Of a stretch of 64,000 nt of DNA, positions 1-10,217 are shown piece after piece. The stretch covers positions 5,845-69,844 of the forward strand of contig CAMKJS010000005.1 of the NCBI GenBank assembly GCA_946413245.1. The letters run 5' to 3'. Position 1 is the first letter of the stretch. Every line of letters begins with the position of its first letter. Both the position numbers and the translations under genes were made by a program. This DNA comes from an uncultured Clostridia bacterium. GTDB lineage: Bacteria > Bacillota > Clostridia > Christensenellales > Aristaeellaceae. The notes beneath the pieces were generated by a model. It had not been told where the DNA came from, searched no databases, and saw only the letters and a program-made list of their open reading frames with translations.

Positions 1-113
1 AGCAGGCCGCTTCTCCCGCAAAGTACCGACGATGACAGCGGCATAAAGCGTAATCAGCGTCAGAGACGCGAAGCCATCAACTGATTGCGGCTTTCAAAGT
101 TGATGCTTAGCCA

Positions 114-953
114 TTATATTTCAACCGGAATGAAAACAGGATGTTCTTCCAGGTGCCGGTTTGGTCTGTGGAGCGTCAGTACAGTCTGCCTTTCTTTATT
201 CCGGAAAAGCATGCCGTGCCCGCCGTCTTCCCGGAAAAGCGCCGGAAGCTGCCTGAAAGTGCCGGTAATTTCCCCGTTATCGGATTCTGCCAGTCCCTGT
301 GTGTATCCGTCTTCCGAAAAGGAAGACCACAGGCAAAGCAGCCGTCCCTTCTCGTCCCGCCACAGGAACGGACCGTCCGTGACACGGCCCCGGATTCCGG
401 AGGAATGCGCCATTTCCTTTGTCCAGACTGCGTCAGACGCCCGGAACAGGCACCGGGGTTCACCGGCCGCAGCCTTCAGATCTTCTGTGAGCGGCATGGC
501 CAGCACTTCTCCGTCGCCGACCTGCACCCATTCATGGCAGAATACCATCCAGGGCATTCCCTGCCGATCCGTATAGAATGTCCCGTCCAGGCACTCCCAG
601 TCCGCGGGCGTCACGGGCCCGTCAGACCAGGGAACGAAAGGCCCGGCAGGGGACGACGCCTTCAGAATGGCTGTTCCTCTGTGCCGTTTCTCACTCTTGA
701 AGCTGGCGAACAGGAAAAAAGCACCTTGCCGGCGATGCACCTCCGGCGCCCAGTAGTTCCGGTCCGCCCAGAAAGTCCCGTCATTTTCAAAGCAGGGGAC
801 AGGACCTTTCCAGTTTTCCAGATCTGTTCCCGAATAAACATCAAAACCGGTGGCCGGACCCCAGCAGGTTGCCCCGCGGGTTCCGTAAAGATAGTAGGTT
901 TCTCCATCCAGCAGTACAAAGGGATCCCGGATATTGATTTCATTCGTCTTCAT
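114..953 (-). CDS. GH43-family glycoside hydrolase
   Basis: Start reset to ATG at 953 (MKTNEINIRDPFV) after a GGAG RBS; motifs IRDPFV, WAPEV, CLDGT, TDGPF of five-bladed propeller GH43. Confidence 0.85.
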   Translation of the reverse strand: MKTNEINIRDPFVLLDGETYYLYGTRGATCWGPATGFDVYSGTDLENWKGPVPCFENDGTFWADRNYWAPEVHRRQGAFFLFASFKSEKRHRGTAILKASSPAGPFVPWSDGPVTPADWECLDGTFYTDRQGMPWMVFCHEWVQVGDGEVLAMPLTEDLKAAAGEPRCLFRASDAVWTKEMAHSSGIRGRVTDGPFLWRDEKGRLLCLWSSFSEDGYTQGLAESDNGEITGTFRQLPALFREDGGHGMLFRNKERQTVLTLHRPNRHLEEHPVFIPVEI

Positions 954-3189
954 GCCTGTTCTCCTTTGCGGCATCAGCGCCGCGGCTGCGGCGGTATTGG
1001 AGAGGCGTTTCGCCGGTGACCTGCTTGAAGCGGCGGATAAAGGATCCGGAGTCATAATAGCCGACCTGCGCGCTGATGTCCCGTATCGTCCGATCTGTGG
1101 AGGCCAGGAGCTCCTTTGCCTTTTCAACCCGAAGCAGCGTCAGGTAATCCAACGGCGACATTCCCGTCTTTTCCTTGAAAGAGAGACTGAAACGTGTCGT
1201 GGACAGATCAAAGGCATCCGCCAGCGCTGTCATGGAGATTTCGGGATCGCTGAAATGCTCCTCCATGTAATGAATCACCTGGCTGATTTCATCTTCTTCC
1301 CCGGTGGGAACAGGCGCTTCCTCCCTGCCGTTCCCGCTGAGCAGATAATCACACAACCGGCGCAGTAAATCATCCAGGTCATCAATCGACTGGCAGGACG
1401 TCAGCGAAAAAATGTTATAGAAATCCATCACGGATTCTTTGCCGGAAAGTGCATTTGAATGCGTATGCATCAGAGAATTGATCACATCGCTGTAAATCAT
1501 ACGAAAAGCAAAAGGCGACATATTCGTGTTTTTCAGAAAATGCAGCAGTTCATCAATCCGCTTGTCCAGCACATCCCTGTTTCCAAGTGTCAGTGCCTGA
1601 CTGATGGAAGTCGTAATCTTCCGCGCCTGGGGAAGAATCTCCGTCAGGTTGGAGGATATATCGCTGTACTGAAGCACCTTCTGATTTCCCATGACGAAAC
1701 GGTTTTCATAAGCGGCTGCTGCCTCCAGATAGGCTCCCGGAGCTTCCCGGAAATCTTCATGGATGCGGGAGACGGCAGTCACGCAACGGTCGTCAGCGGC
1801 TGTTCCGGCCTGCCGGATCTGTTCCGCCATCGAGAAAAGCGTTCCTTCATGATCTGAAAATACGAGATAGAGGTTCGCCTTCAGCGCAACCAGTTCGACG
1901 CCGGCGCCTGAGCAATCATTCATCCGGTCGAACGGAGGCTGCTTCAGATCAAACGGATGTTCGTTTTCGCCGGCTCCGCTGCAGAGGATCACCGCATACG
2001 AGGGCTTGTCAATTTCAAGGCCGACGGCGTTTCCGGCATCAACTGCTTCCTGCCTGCTCCCAAAGCGTCCTTTTACGAACCGGAACACAAAATCATGACG
2101 CTGCACAGGAAGCGCTTGCTCCAGCCGTGACGACAGTTCAAGATTGCGGGTTGTCAGCTGATGTATTCCGGTTGAAATCTGCTGAAGTTCATCTCTGTGC
2201 TCTGGTTTATCCCCGGTCAGCAGACCGGAGATGTCCCGGATCGGCTTTGCGTGCCGCCGGGCCATCCACAGCGCAAGCAGGAGAGCCAGCGCCACAAAAA
2301 CAGGGAGAATGGCCAGATTGCTGAAAATCTGCCTTGCAATTGCAGAGGTGATATCCGCATTCCGTACTACTGCACTGTAGGATAGCCCCCAGTTCCTGAC
2401 CGGAAGCGAAATCTGCGTCCACTCCTCGCCCTCCCAGCGAAAGATTCTGGCATCCTCTTCCTGGGAAGGCATCAGCTGCTCCCGGTCAACAGGCATTTCC
2501 TCAGCAGAAGAAAGAAGCACGTTGCCTTGGTGAATATATGTATTCACATGCCCTTCAATTGCATCAGAGAACAGGGTCTGATAGATGCCGTCCTTGATCA
2601 GAAAAAGCAGAGCGCCTTTTCGGAAACCCGGATTGGATCCGAGCGGCACCAGAAAGGTGACGATACGGGATGTGTCCACGAGTGCTGAGGATACCTGCTG
2701 GGACGGAAGGATGGTCAGGCGATCCACGCTGTCAATCAGCGCAGTCAGGCGTTCCATCGGAATAAACTCGTACCGCATCACCCGGGCGAAGAGTTCGAGC
2801 GACATGGAGGAAGACGATGAATAAATTCGGTTATCGTCGAAGAAATGCAGATAAACCTGGTCGCAGAAAGTACTGTTCGTTGTGGTATAGGGAACCAGCT
2901 GAAGCTGAAGATCATACGCTTTCCATGGCTCCTCATCATACCTGAAGAATTCAATATGCGGACTGAGGCCGATTTCCTCCGCTGTGTTCAGCATGGCGGA
3001 GATATAGTTTTCGTGCTGGCTGGCAATCCGGGAGAGACGATTAATCTGATTTCCGATATACTCTTCCCGTGCTCTTCCGCTCATGGTCGCATACAGATAC
3101 CCGGTGATGCTGAAAAACAGTACCAGCACAACAGCCAGATAAGACAGCGCATATCGGATAAAAACAGTCGTTCTGTTCTTTTTGATCAC
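940..3189 (-). CDS. AraC-family regulator with N-terminal membrane/extracytoplasmic sensor (YesS-like)
   Basis: Two hydrophobic helices flank a sensor region; C-terminal AraC signature (ISAQVGYYDSGSFIRRFKQVTGETPLQYR). Confidence 0.9.
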   Translation of the reverse strand: MIKKNRTTVFIRYALSYLAVVLVLFFSITGYLYATMSGRAREEYIGNQINRLSRIASQHENYISAMLNTAEEIGLSPHIEFFRYDEEPWKAYDLQLQLVPYTTTNSTFCDQVYLHFFDDNRIYSSSSSMSLELFARVMRYEFIPMERLTALIDSVDRLTILPSQQVSSALVDTSRIVTFLVPLGSNPGFRKGALLFLIKDGIYQTLFSDAIEGHVNTYIHQGNVLLSSAEEMPVDREQLMPSQEEDARIFRWEGEEWTQISLPVRNWGLSYSAVVRNADITSAIARQIFSNLAILPVFVALALLLALWMARRHAKPIRDISGLLTGDKPEHRDELQQISTGIHQLTTRNLELSSRLEQALPVQRHDFVFRFVKGRFGSRQEAVDAGNAVGLEIDKPSYAVILCSGAGENEHPFDLKQPPFDRMNDCSGAGVELVALKANLYLVFSDHEGTLFSMAEQIRQAGTAADDRCVTAVSRIHEDFREAPGAYLEAAAAYENRFVMGNQKVLQYSDISSNLTEILPQARKITTSISQALTLGNRDVLDKRIDELLHFLKNTNMSPFAFRMIYSDVINSLMHTHSNALSGKESVMDFYNIFSLTSCQSIDDLDDLLRRLCDYLLSGNGREEAPVPTGEEDEISQVIHYMEEHFSDPEISMTALADAFDLSTTRFSLSFKEKTGMSPLDYLTLLRVEKAKELLASTDRTIRDISAQVGYYDSGSFIRRFKQVTGETPLQYRRSRGADAAKENRHEDE

Positions 3190-3192
3190 GCC

Positions 3193-4740
3193 TTATTTCT
3201 CCTCCCGCCAATGGTCATAAACCTGCTGGTAAACCCGGATATACTCTTCGCTGCCGTTTTCCCGCAACTGTTGTATAAAAGCTTTCCTAGCCTCATCTGT
3301 CACACCCTGCGTGACCATCGCGACAATTTCGGCATCCACCGTTGATTTCAGTTTCGCTGTCAATCGCTGCACCGCGGAGGACTGGGCTGTTGTTTTAGGC
3401 GCTACCGTCGTCAACAGCTTCCAGGAAACCGGTTCCAGAACCTTCGCGTTTTCATACAGCTCGCAATAGGCGGCTTTTTCCTGACGGTGAACCGCCGGGA
3501 CATAGACGGAAGCGTAATACTCTGCCGGGGCGAAAAACTGTCCGCAAATCACAGGAACCGATTGATACAGTTCATTGTCCGGGGGAACATATTTCACCTC
3601 GTACAGACCGTCCTCCCGTTTGAGCAGAGTGTCTCCCACAGCGCCATTCTGCGAGATCAGCATATTTTCCGTTTCAAACTGGGCATCCAGCCAGCGCAGA
3701 GAACTTTCAACATCACGGTTGTCTGTGGTCAGTGCTGCGCCAAATTCAATGATATCCATATTCCGGGGAAGGCAGGCCTGTCTCCCTTCAGCATGAACGG
3801 GCAGCATGACCTCATAATTTGCGGCAATTTTCGGATTCAGCGCTGTATTCTGCAAACGCCAGTAACTGAACATTCCGGTATTGCCTTCGTTGACTTTTTC
3901 CGCCCAGATCGCACTGCCCTGGCTGATAAAATCAATATCCAGCAATTCCTCCAGATACAGCTGATGAAGCCAGGAAAGCGTCTCAAAAAAGGATTCCTCC
4001 TCCGGAGCGAAATGCACTTTCCCTGTCTGATCGACATACACATAATTCTCATTCATCGGAAGGCCGAAGAAGGAGAAGAGATTGTAAATCCCGGTCGTAT
4101 TGTCGTCAAAGGTAAATTCCAGCGGGATTTCATCCTGAATGCCGTTCCCATTGAAATCTTCTTTCCGGAAGCGGCGGAGTACTTCTGTCAGCTCGTCCAC
4201 AGTCTCAGGAACTTTCAGGCCAATGCGGTCCAGCCAGGTTTTGTTGATAAAGAAGTGCCCGTTGGTATTCACACCCTGGGAAATCAGGAATCCAAGCTGG
4301 TAAATATGCCCGTCCGACGCGGTCAGCTGTTCCCGGAGACCGGCCTGATCCATCCGCTCCGTGTAATTCGGAAGGCTTCCCTTCGCCATATACTCATCCA
4401 AGGGGACCAGAAGATGCTGGGTTACGCCGTATTCTTCCACGTCCAGTGAACCGCGCAGAATCATATCCGGCATTTTTCCCCTGGCAAAGGCAAGACTGAC
4501 GGAACTGCTCCATTCCGAATCCTTAATCTCTGTAAAATCCACATGTACACCGGTCTGCTGCTCAATCTGATTATAGTACCACATGCTGCTGAAATCCACA
4601 GCAATGTTGTCAATTTCATACTGAAGCGCAGTCAGCGACACGGAAGGAGACGGCGTTTCCTTTCCGGTTTCCCGGGCGCATCCGGAAAGCAACAGAATAA
4701 CGAAAGCCAGCACACAGACCGGCAGAACAAACCGCTTCAT
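3193..4740 (-). CDS. Carbohydrate ABC transporter solute-binding lipoprotein
   Basis: Lipobox LLSGC; MPDMIL and FFINKTWLDRIGLKVPETVDEL motifs of LplA-like SBPs. Confidence 0.88.
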   Translation of the reverse strand: MKRFVLPVCVLAFVILLLSGCARETGKETPSPSVSLTALQYEIDNIAVDFSSMWYYNQIEQQTGVHVDFTEIKDSEWSSSVSLAFARGKMPDMILRGSLDVEEYGVTQHLLVPLDEYMAKGSLPNYTERMDQAGLREQLTASDGHIYQLGFLISQGVNTNGHFFINKTWLDRIGLKVPETVDELTEVLRRFRKEDFNGNGIQDEIPLEFTFDDNTTGIYNLFSFFGLPMNENYVYVDQTGKVHFAPEEESFFETLSWLHQLYLEELLDIDFISQGSAIWAEKVNEGNTGMFSYWRLQNTALNPKIAANYEVMLPVHAEGRQACLPRNMDIIEFGAALTTDNRDVESSLRWLDAQFETENMLISQNGAVGDTLLKREDGLYEVKYVPPDNELYQSVPVICGQFFAPAEYYASVYVPAVHRQEKAAYCELYENAKVLEPVSWKLLTTVAPKTTAQSSAVQRLTAKLKSTVDAEIVAMVTQGVTDEARKAFIQQLRENGSEEYIRVYQQVYDHWREEK

Positions 4741-4765
4741 ACAAGCTCCTTTTAATACGGCAAAA

Positions 4766-4802
4766 GGGCATCGCCGACGGTACAGCTCCTTCGGCGATGC
4801 CC
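4766..4802 (-). terminator. Intercistronic stem-loop / partial intrinsic terminator between the two SBP genes
   Basis: 12-bp stem gggcatcgccga/tcggcgatgccc, followed by TTTT on the minus strand. Confidence 0.6.
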
Positions 4803-4855
4803 GGCGGCCTTCAATGCTGTTATTCTAACATCTCAGACCGCTGTATTCAAGAAAA

Positions 4856-6364
4856 TTACTTGGCCAGGTAAGCATCATAAGCATTCTGGTACAGTTCAAT
4901 ATAGCGTTCGCTGCCAATCGCTTTTGCCTGCTCAAGGAAATTGTTCCAGCTCTCGTCCGTCACACCGTTGCGCACAAAGTTTGCGAAAGATTCCTCCACC
5001 AGCTTCTGCAGTTCGGTGTAGATATCGGCGGCTTCCGTGGCGTCTTCATTGCTCATCTTGCTCAGGTCACGCACGTACTGGAAGCTCTTCGGCTCCAGGA
5101 CGCCGGCTTCGGCATACCACTTGCTGTCTTCATACCGTTCCACGCGGTGCGGAGCCATCTGGTAAATGGAGGTATAGTAATCACCGGGGGCGAAGAACTG
5201 ACCCATGGTTACCGGCACAAACTGATACAGGCCGTTATCGGCGGGAATGTCAATCACTTCATACTTTCCTTCATCATTCAGGATGATCTGTTCGCCGACC
5301 TTGCCGTTCAGGGAAACCATCATGGTTTCGGTTTCCAGCTGGGCGTCTATCCACTTCAGGGCGGCTACGGGATCCTTGCAGTTCTTTGTCAGGTAAGCGC
5401 CGGCTTCCGGCACTTCCAGAATCTGGGACACGCAGGCTTTGAAACCGTCCGCGGCAGGAGGCAGAATAGACTTGAAGTTTTCTACATTTTCCGCCTTGAT
5501 GGCTGTGTTGATCAGGCGCAGATAACAGAAGTAGCCGACCTCACCGTCGTTCACCTTGTTGGCCCAGAGATTGGAATCCTGGGTCAGGGATTCCGGATCC
5601 ATGAGTTCTTCTTCGTATAGCTGATGCAGCCATTCAACGCAGGCACGCCAGCCGTCCTGCGCGCAGGTAAACTGAACCTTGTTATCAGCGTCAATGAAGT
5701 AATAATACGTGTTCTCCGGCACGCCGAAGGAAGCAAACTGATTCCAGATGGTTTCCGGACCGAACTGGGTGTAGGAAGCGGAGAAGGGCCACTGGATGCC
5801 GTCAGCCTTCATGGCGCGGAGCAGATCGGTCACTTCATCAATGGTGGTCGGAGCCGTTTTGCCCAGCTTGTCCAGTTCCTTCTGATTCACATACCAGGTT
5901 CCGGTGTGATTCACGTTCTGCGCCATGAGGAACCCGATGTAATAGGTTTTTCCGTCGCTGGCAGGGATGGAATCACCGGCGTTATTGATGTTCAGGCGGC
6001 TGACATAATTGGGCATGATTTCCTCAGTGAGATATTCGTCCAGCGGAAGCAGAAGGCCCTGGCTTACGCCGTATTCCTCGACATCCACCGCGTGACGGAT
6101 AATCATATCAGGCATCTGGTCCGGCACCGCGAACATGAGGTTGACACTGGTCGCCCAGTCAGCGTCCTTCACCATCTGGAAGGTGACATGGGTGTTGGTC
6201 TTCGGCTCCACAACTTCATCGAAGAACCAGAGTCCGTTGAAATCGGTGTTCTGGTTTTCCAGCGCGTACTGGAAAGCGGTCAGCTCCACTTTGGCTTCGG
6301 CGAAGGCGGCGTTCAGGCTGAGCAGCATGCAGCATGCCAGCAGCAGGGAAATGAGTTTCTTCAT
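4856..6364 (-). CDS. Carbohydrate ABC transporter solute-binding protein (paralog of 3193..4740)
   Basis: Signal peptide ending in AFA; shares DVEEYGV.Q.LL.PLDEY and DAQ.ETE.M motifs with its neighbour. Confidence 0.88.
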   Translation of the reverse strand: MKKLISLLLACCMLLSLNAAFAEAKVELTAFQYALENQNTDFNGLWFFDEVVEPKTNTHVTFQMVKDADWATSVNLMFAVPDQMPDMIIRHAVDVEEYGVSQGLLLPLDEYLTEEIMPNYVSRLNINNAGDSIPASDGKTYYIGFLMAQNVNHTGTWYVNQKELDKLGKTAPTTIDEVTDLLRAMKADGIQWPFSASYTQFGPETIWNQFASFGVPENTYYYFIDADNKVQFTCAQDGWRACVEWLHQLYEEELMDPESLTQDSNLWANKVNDGEVGYFCYLRLINTAIKAENVENFKSILPPAADGFKACVSQILEVPEAGAYLTKNCKDPVAALKWIDAQLETETMMVSLNGKVGEQIILNDEGKYEVIDIPADNGLYQFVPVTMGQFFAPGDYYTSIYQMAPHRVERYEDSKWYAEAGVLEPKSFQYVRDLSKMSNEDATEAADIYTELQKLVEESFANFVRNGVTDESWNNFLEQAKAIGSERYIELYQNAYDAYLAK

Positions 6365-6414
6365 AATGGGTACCCTCCTTTTTTATTTCAGGGCTTGCAG
6401 CCCTTAAATACCTG

Positions 6415-6620
6415 GAAAGATCTTCATCCGCAACCTCAATCGTCGCGACTCCACAACCGTGGAGATCGCTTGTTTCGGTTGAATTCAGATTTTTCGAAAA
6501 TTCCGCCACCGGCGGTCGAAAGATCTTCATCCGCAACCTCAATCGTCGCGACTCCACAACCGTGGAGATCGCTTGTTTCGGTTGAATTCAAAACCGATGA
6601 GATTCCCGCCACCGGCGGTC
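6415..6620. repeat. Tandem 103-bp palindromic (REP/BIME-like) repeat, two copies
   Basis: 73 bp identical at 6415-6487 and 6518-6590, each followed by ccgccaccggcggtc; internal hairpin ctccac-aacc-gtggag. Confidence 0.9.
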
Positions 6621-6629
6621 ATCGGTTCT

Positions 6630-7562
6630 TCATCCCTTCAGGGATCCGATCATGACGCCCTTCACGAAGTACTTCTGCATGAAGACATACAGGAGAATTG
6701 CGGGCACAGTTGAAACCACAATACAACAGTACTTGGCGACCTCAGCCTTTCGGAGCGCTTCCTGCAAACCGCCCAGATTGTCGGCATAGGCTGCGAAAAA
6801 GGTATCAGAGGAGCCTGTGGAAGTCAGGGACGCCAGAATCTCCCGCAGAACAAGCTGAAGCGGATAAAGGCTGCGGTCTCTCAGCATGACCAGTCCGGTA
6901 AAGTAGTCATTCCAGCGGGCAACGCCGTAATAAACCGCGAGCACAGCCACAATGGTGCCGGACAGGGGGAGAACGCAGCGGAAGAAATAGGTGAAGTGAT
7001 CCGCACCGTCGATCACCGCCGCTTCGTAGAGATCGTTGGGGATGCTGGTCTGAATGTATGTCCGGGCTACCATCAGATTCCAGACGGAAACCAGGTTCAT
7101 CAGAATCATGACGGCGCGGGTGTTGTACAGCCCCAGATCCCGGATATTCAGGAAAATCGGGATCAGGCCGCCGGAGAAGAACATGGTGAAGGTAATGGCC
7201 AGGTTCACGATCTTTTTTCCGGCAAACTTCCGGGAGAGGGAATAGGCCGCTGCCAGCGTGACCATCATGCTCAGGCCGGATCCGACGACGGTGTAAATGA
7301 TCGAATTCAGATAGCTTCCCCACAGCTCTTTATACTGGAAAACGGCTTCATATCCCATCAGGGAAAAATCCACCGGCAGTACCAGCACCTTCGCCTGCAA
7401 TACCGCGTCCGGGTCTGATACGGACGCGATGAGAATCAGCCAGAGGGGGTACAGGACGATGAATAACACAATGATCCAGAAAACAATATTGACGGCGTTG
7501 AACAAGCGATCCTTTCCGGTTTCACGGACACGGTTGTGTCGTTTGGCTGCAACGACGGTCAC
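6630..7562 (-). CDS. Carbohydrate ABC transporter permease (LplC/MalG-like)
   Basis: EAA loop LYEAAVIDGA; C-terminal MQKYFVKGVMIGSLKG. Confidence 0.92.
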   Translation of the reverse strand: MTVVAAKRHNRVRETGKDRLFNAVNIVFWIIVLFIVLYPLWLILIASVSDPDAVLQAKVLVLPVDFSLMGYEAVFQYKELWGSYLNSIIYTVVGSGLSMMVTLAAAYSLSRKFAGKKIVNLAITFTMFFSGGLIPIFLNIRDLGLYNTRAVMILMNLVSVWNLMVARTYIQTSIPNDLYEAAVIDGADHFTYFFRCVLPLSGTIVAVLAVYYGVARWNDYFTGLVMLRDRSLYPLQLVLREILASLTSTGSSDTFFAAYADNLGGLQEALRKAEVAKYCCIVVSTVPAILLYVFMQKYFVKGVMIGSLKG

Positions 7563-7578
7563 AGGTTTTCATCCCCTC

Positions 7579-8532
7579 TCAGAACAGACTGATATCACTC
7601 ATCTTGCGGGAGATGGCATTCACCAGCATGATGATGACAAAATTGATGACATTCAGACACAGGCCGATGGCTGAAGCGTAGGAATACTGTGCCTTGCCGG
7701 CGGCAATACCCACGCTGTACACATAGACTCCCAGGATATCCGAAGTGGCCATGTTGCCGCTGGTCTGCAGGAGCAGGGCCTTATCCGTATTGGAGGAAAG
7801 CAGGGATCCGCAGTTGAGGATCAGCATCATAACCGCGATGGGAACCAGATGGGGAATATCGATATGCTTGATTTTTCCCCACCTGGTCGCGCCGTCAATG
7901 GTGGCTGCTTCGTAAAGCTGAGGATCAATACTGGTCAGCGTCGCAATATATAAAATGGTGTTCCATCCCGCATTCTGCCAGATTTCCGAACCGATGAAGA
8001 GCGGGCGGAACCAGTCCGGTTCCATAATAAAGTAGATGCTTTTTCCGCCGGCGGCCGTAATCAGGTGATTGATGATTCCGTTGGTCGGGGAGAAAAAAAG
8101 ATAGATCATTCCGGCCAGCACAACGGTGGAAATAAAGTGCGGGACATAAATTGCGGTCTGCGCGAATCCCTTGAAACGCTTCCGGTTCAGTTGGTTGAGC
8201 ATGATGGCCAGGAGGATCGGGATCGGGAAACCGAAAAGAAGGCCGAACGCATTCAGGAGGAATGTATTCAGGAACATTCTTCCGCAGTAATAACTGGAAA
8301 AGAATTTCTCGAAGTACTTCAGGCCTACCCACTTGCTTCCGGTGATCCCGAAAGCCGCCTTGTAATCCCGGAAGGCGATCTGAACCCCGTACATGGGAAA
8401 ATAGCAGAAGACAATAAAGAAGGCCAGGGCAGGAAGAAGCAAAACCCACAGCTGCCAGTCTCTCCGCACGGTCAGGGCCACCCTGCGCTTCGGAACGGTT
8501 CGGTGCGGGGCAGCAGGATCATGGATACTCAT
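7579..8532 (-). CDS. Carbohydrate ABC transporter permease (LplB-like)
   Basis: PMYGVQIAF, PHFISTVV, IDPQLYEAATIDGA. Confidence 0.92.
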   Translation of the reverse strand: MSIHDPAAPHRTVPKRRVALTVRRDWQLWVLLLPALAFFIVFCYFPMYGVQIAFRDYKAAFGITGSKWVGLKYFEKFFSSYYCGRMFLNTFLLNAFGLLFGFPIPILLAIMLNQLNRKRFKGFAQTAIYVPHFISTVVLAGMIYLFFSPTNGIINHLITAAGGKSIYFIMEPDWFRPLFIGSEIWQNAGWNTILYIATLTSIDPQLYEAATIDGATRWGKIKHIDIPHLVPIAVMMLILNCGSLLSSNTDKALLLQTSGNMATSDILGVYVYSVGIAAGKAQYSYASAIGLCLNVINFVIIMLVNAISRKMSDISLF

Positions 8533-8620
8533 CCGGAGACCTCCTTTTGCTGTTAGGGTTATTTGCGGCCGGTTCCTTTTCGGTTTCCATTATTGACAAT
8601 CCATCCGGAAAAAGAAAGAA

Positions 8621-8689
8621 GCGAAAATTTTGCGTACCGTTGATTTTCCTTGCGTTTCGCTCTTTCTGAAAATGGGCAAAAATTTTGCG
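8621..8689. promoter_or_regulatory. Paired near-palindromic boxes GC(G/A)AAAATTTTGCG in the divergent promoter region
   Basis: gcgaaaattttgcg at 8621-8634 and gcaaaaattttgcg at 8676-8689, 55 bp apart. Confidence 0.45.
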
Positions 8690-8765
8690 CCTATGAAATA
8701 ACTGCTCATGATGGTAATATTTTCAGGATGGAATCCGAATAAAAACGGAGCCCGGAGGTTGACAG

Positions 8766-10217
8766 ATGTTTCCTGAAACAAAGGTTTCTTTTCACAGTGA
8801 AAATGAAAAAATCCAGCGCGTTTATGACGCTGCGGAAGAAAAATGCCTCATGAATCTGAAACGGTTCGGCGACAGCGTTGTATTGGTGGAAGGCGGAGGA
8901 TATGAAAAAATCTGGCTGGAAACACAACCGATGGGTGGGGAAATGTATGCGCTCCGGAATCCGGAAGCCGCGCTGAACAACTGCCTGCTGTTTATGCGCT
9001 ATCAGCGGGAAGACGGGCGCCTTCCCGGATCCATTCAGTATACCGGCGGAAAGATCGAACCTCAGTTCAACAAATATCAGGGGTTCTGCTTTCCCTTCCC
9101 GGCTTTGAATCTCTACTATTTATACGGACGGAATCCGGAATATCTGGAACAGCTGAAAGAAACGCTTATTCGCTTTGACGCTTGCCTCTGGAGGACGCGC
9201 CACATTACCGGGGACGGGTTGCTTGCGTCCTTCTGTGTATATGACACGGGTGAGGACCTGGCAGTACGCTACGGCGACGCTCCCTGCTGGTGGGGGGAGG
9301 ATGTGCCGCCAAAAGGGTATCAGGTTGTTCCCATGGCCAGTATGGACGTTACAAGCTGGAGCATAGCAAGCCGGCAGACACTGGCTGAAATCTGCAGAAT
9401 ACAAAGGGATCCGGAAGCAGAAGCATGGGAGAAAAAAGCTCAGTCCGCAGCTCAGGTACTGAAAAAGGAATTGTGGAACGGCCGGCGCAGTGCTCTTTTT
9501 GACCGTGACTGCAAAGGGAATACGGTTGACGTTCTCAGCCACAATACCCTTCGGTGTATGTACTGGGGCTCAGTCTCTCAGGAAATGGCGGACCTGTTCG
9601 TAAGGGATCATTTGCTGAATCAGGAAGAGTTTTGGACACCATTACCGCTCCCAAGTGTCGCGGTAAATGATCCCGCCTTCCGCAACGCTCCGGAAAACAA
9701 CTGGAGCGGGCAGCCGGAGGGTTTGACGTATCAGCGGGCCATCCTGGCTCTGGAACGCTATGGGCATGACCGGATTGTCACAGCACTGGGGGAAAAGCTG
9801 ATCGATGCCGTTTTCAACGGCGGGTTGCGGTTTACCCAGCAATTTGATCCGTTTACAGGGAAGCCGTCCCTTGTGCACGCTGTTACGCATCAGCCGGTAA
9901 AAGACGGCAGCGGAGAGCCTGTCCAGGACGCGTACGGCCCGACGATGCTGGCATGTCTGGAATACATCGCTCACCATTACGGGATTCACCCGCATCTGGG
10001 CGGTGTATGGTTCAGCCTTGGAACAGGGAAGCCCTATGAATATGAAGCAATCTTTTATGATCACCACTATGGGATCAGGAGCAATGGCCGGCAGGCTGAA
10101 ATCAGGACAGATGGGAAAGCAATCGGCACCTGGGACTGCGGAATCCGCCTGGTTACCGATGAGAACGGGAACATCCTTCGGACAGTATCCATTGAAAGCG
10201 GGGCAGATATGAAATGA
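8766..10217 (+). CDS. (alpha/alpha)6-barrel glycoside hydrolase, GH63/MGH1-like
   Basis: IWLETQ, QREDGRLP, FWTPLPLPSVA, WSGQP and QQFDPFTG resemble six-hairpin glycosidases; GGAGG RBS. Confidence 0.65.
   Translation: MFPETKVSFHSENEKIQRVYDAAEEKCLMNLKRFGDSVVLVEGGGYEKIWLETQPMGGEMYALRNPEAALNNCLLFMRYQREDGRLPGSIQYTGGKIEPQFNKYQGFCFPFPALNLYYLYGRNPEYLEQLKETLIRFDACLWRTRHITGDGLLASFCVYDTGEDLAVRYGDAPCWWGEDVPPKGYQVVPMASMDVTSWSIASRQTLAEICRIQRDPEAEAWEKKAQSAAQVLKKELWNGRRSALFDRDCKGNTVDVLSHNTLRCMYWGSVSQEMADLFVRDHLLNQEEFWTPLPLPSVAVNDPAFRNAPENNWSGQPEGLTYQRAILALERYGHDRIVTALGEKLIDAVFNGGLRFTQQFDPFTGKPSLVHAVTHQPVKDGSGEPVQDAYGPTMLACLEYIAHHYGIHPHLGGVWFSLGTGKPYEYEAIFYDHHYGIRSNGRQAEIRTDGKAIGTWDCGIRLVTDENGNILRTVSIESGADMK

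Noticed and set aside
6415-6620. CRISPR array
   Set aside because: Only two units, a 73-bp repeat, partly conserved intervening sequence and no cas genes
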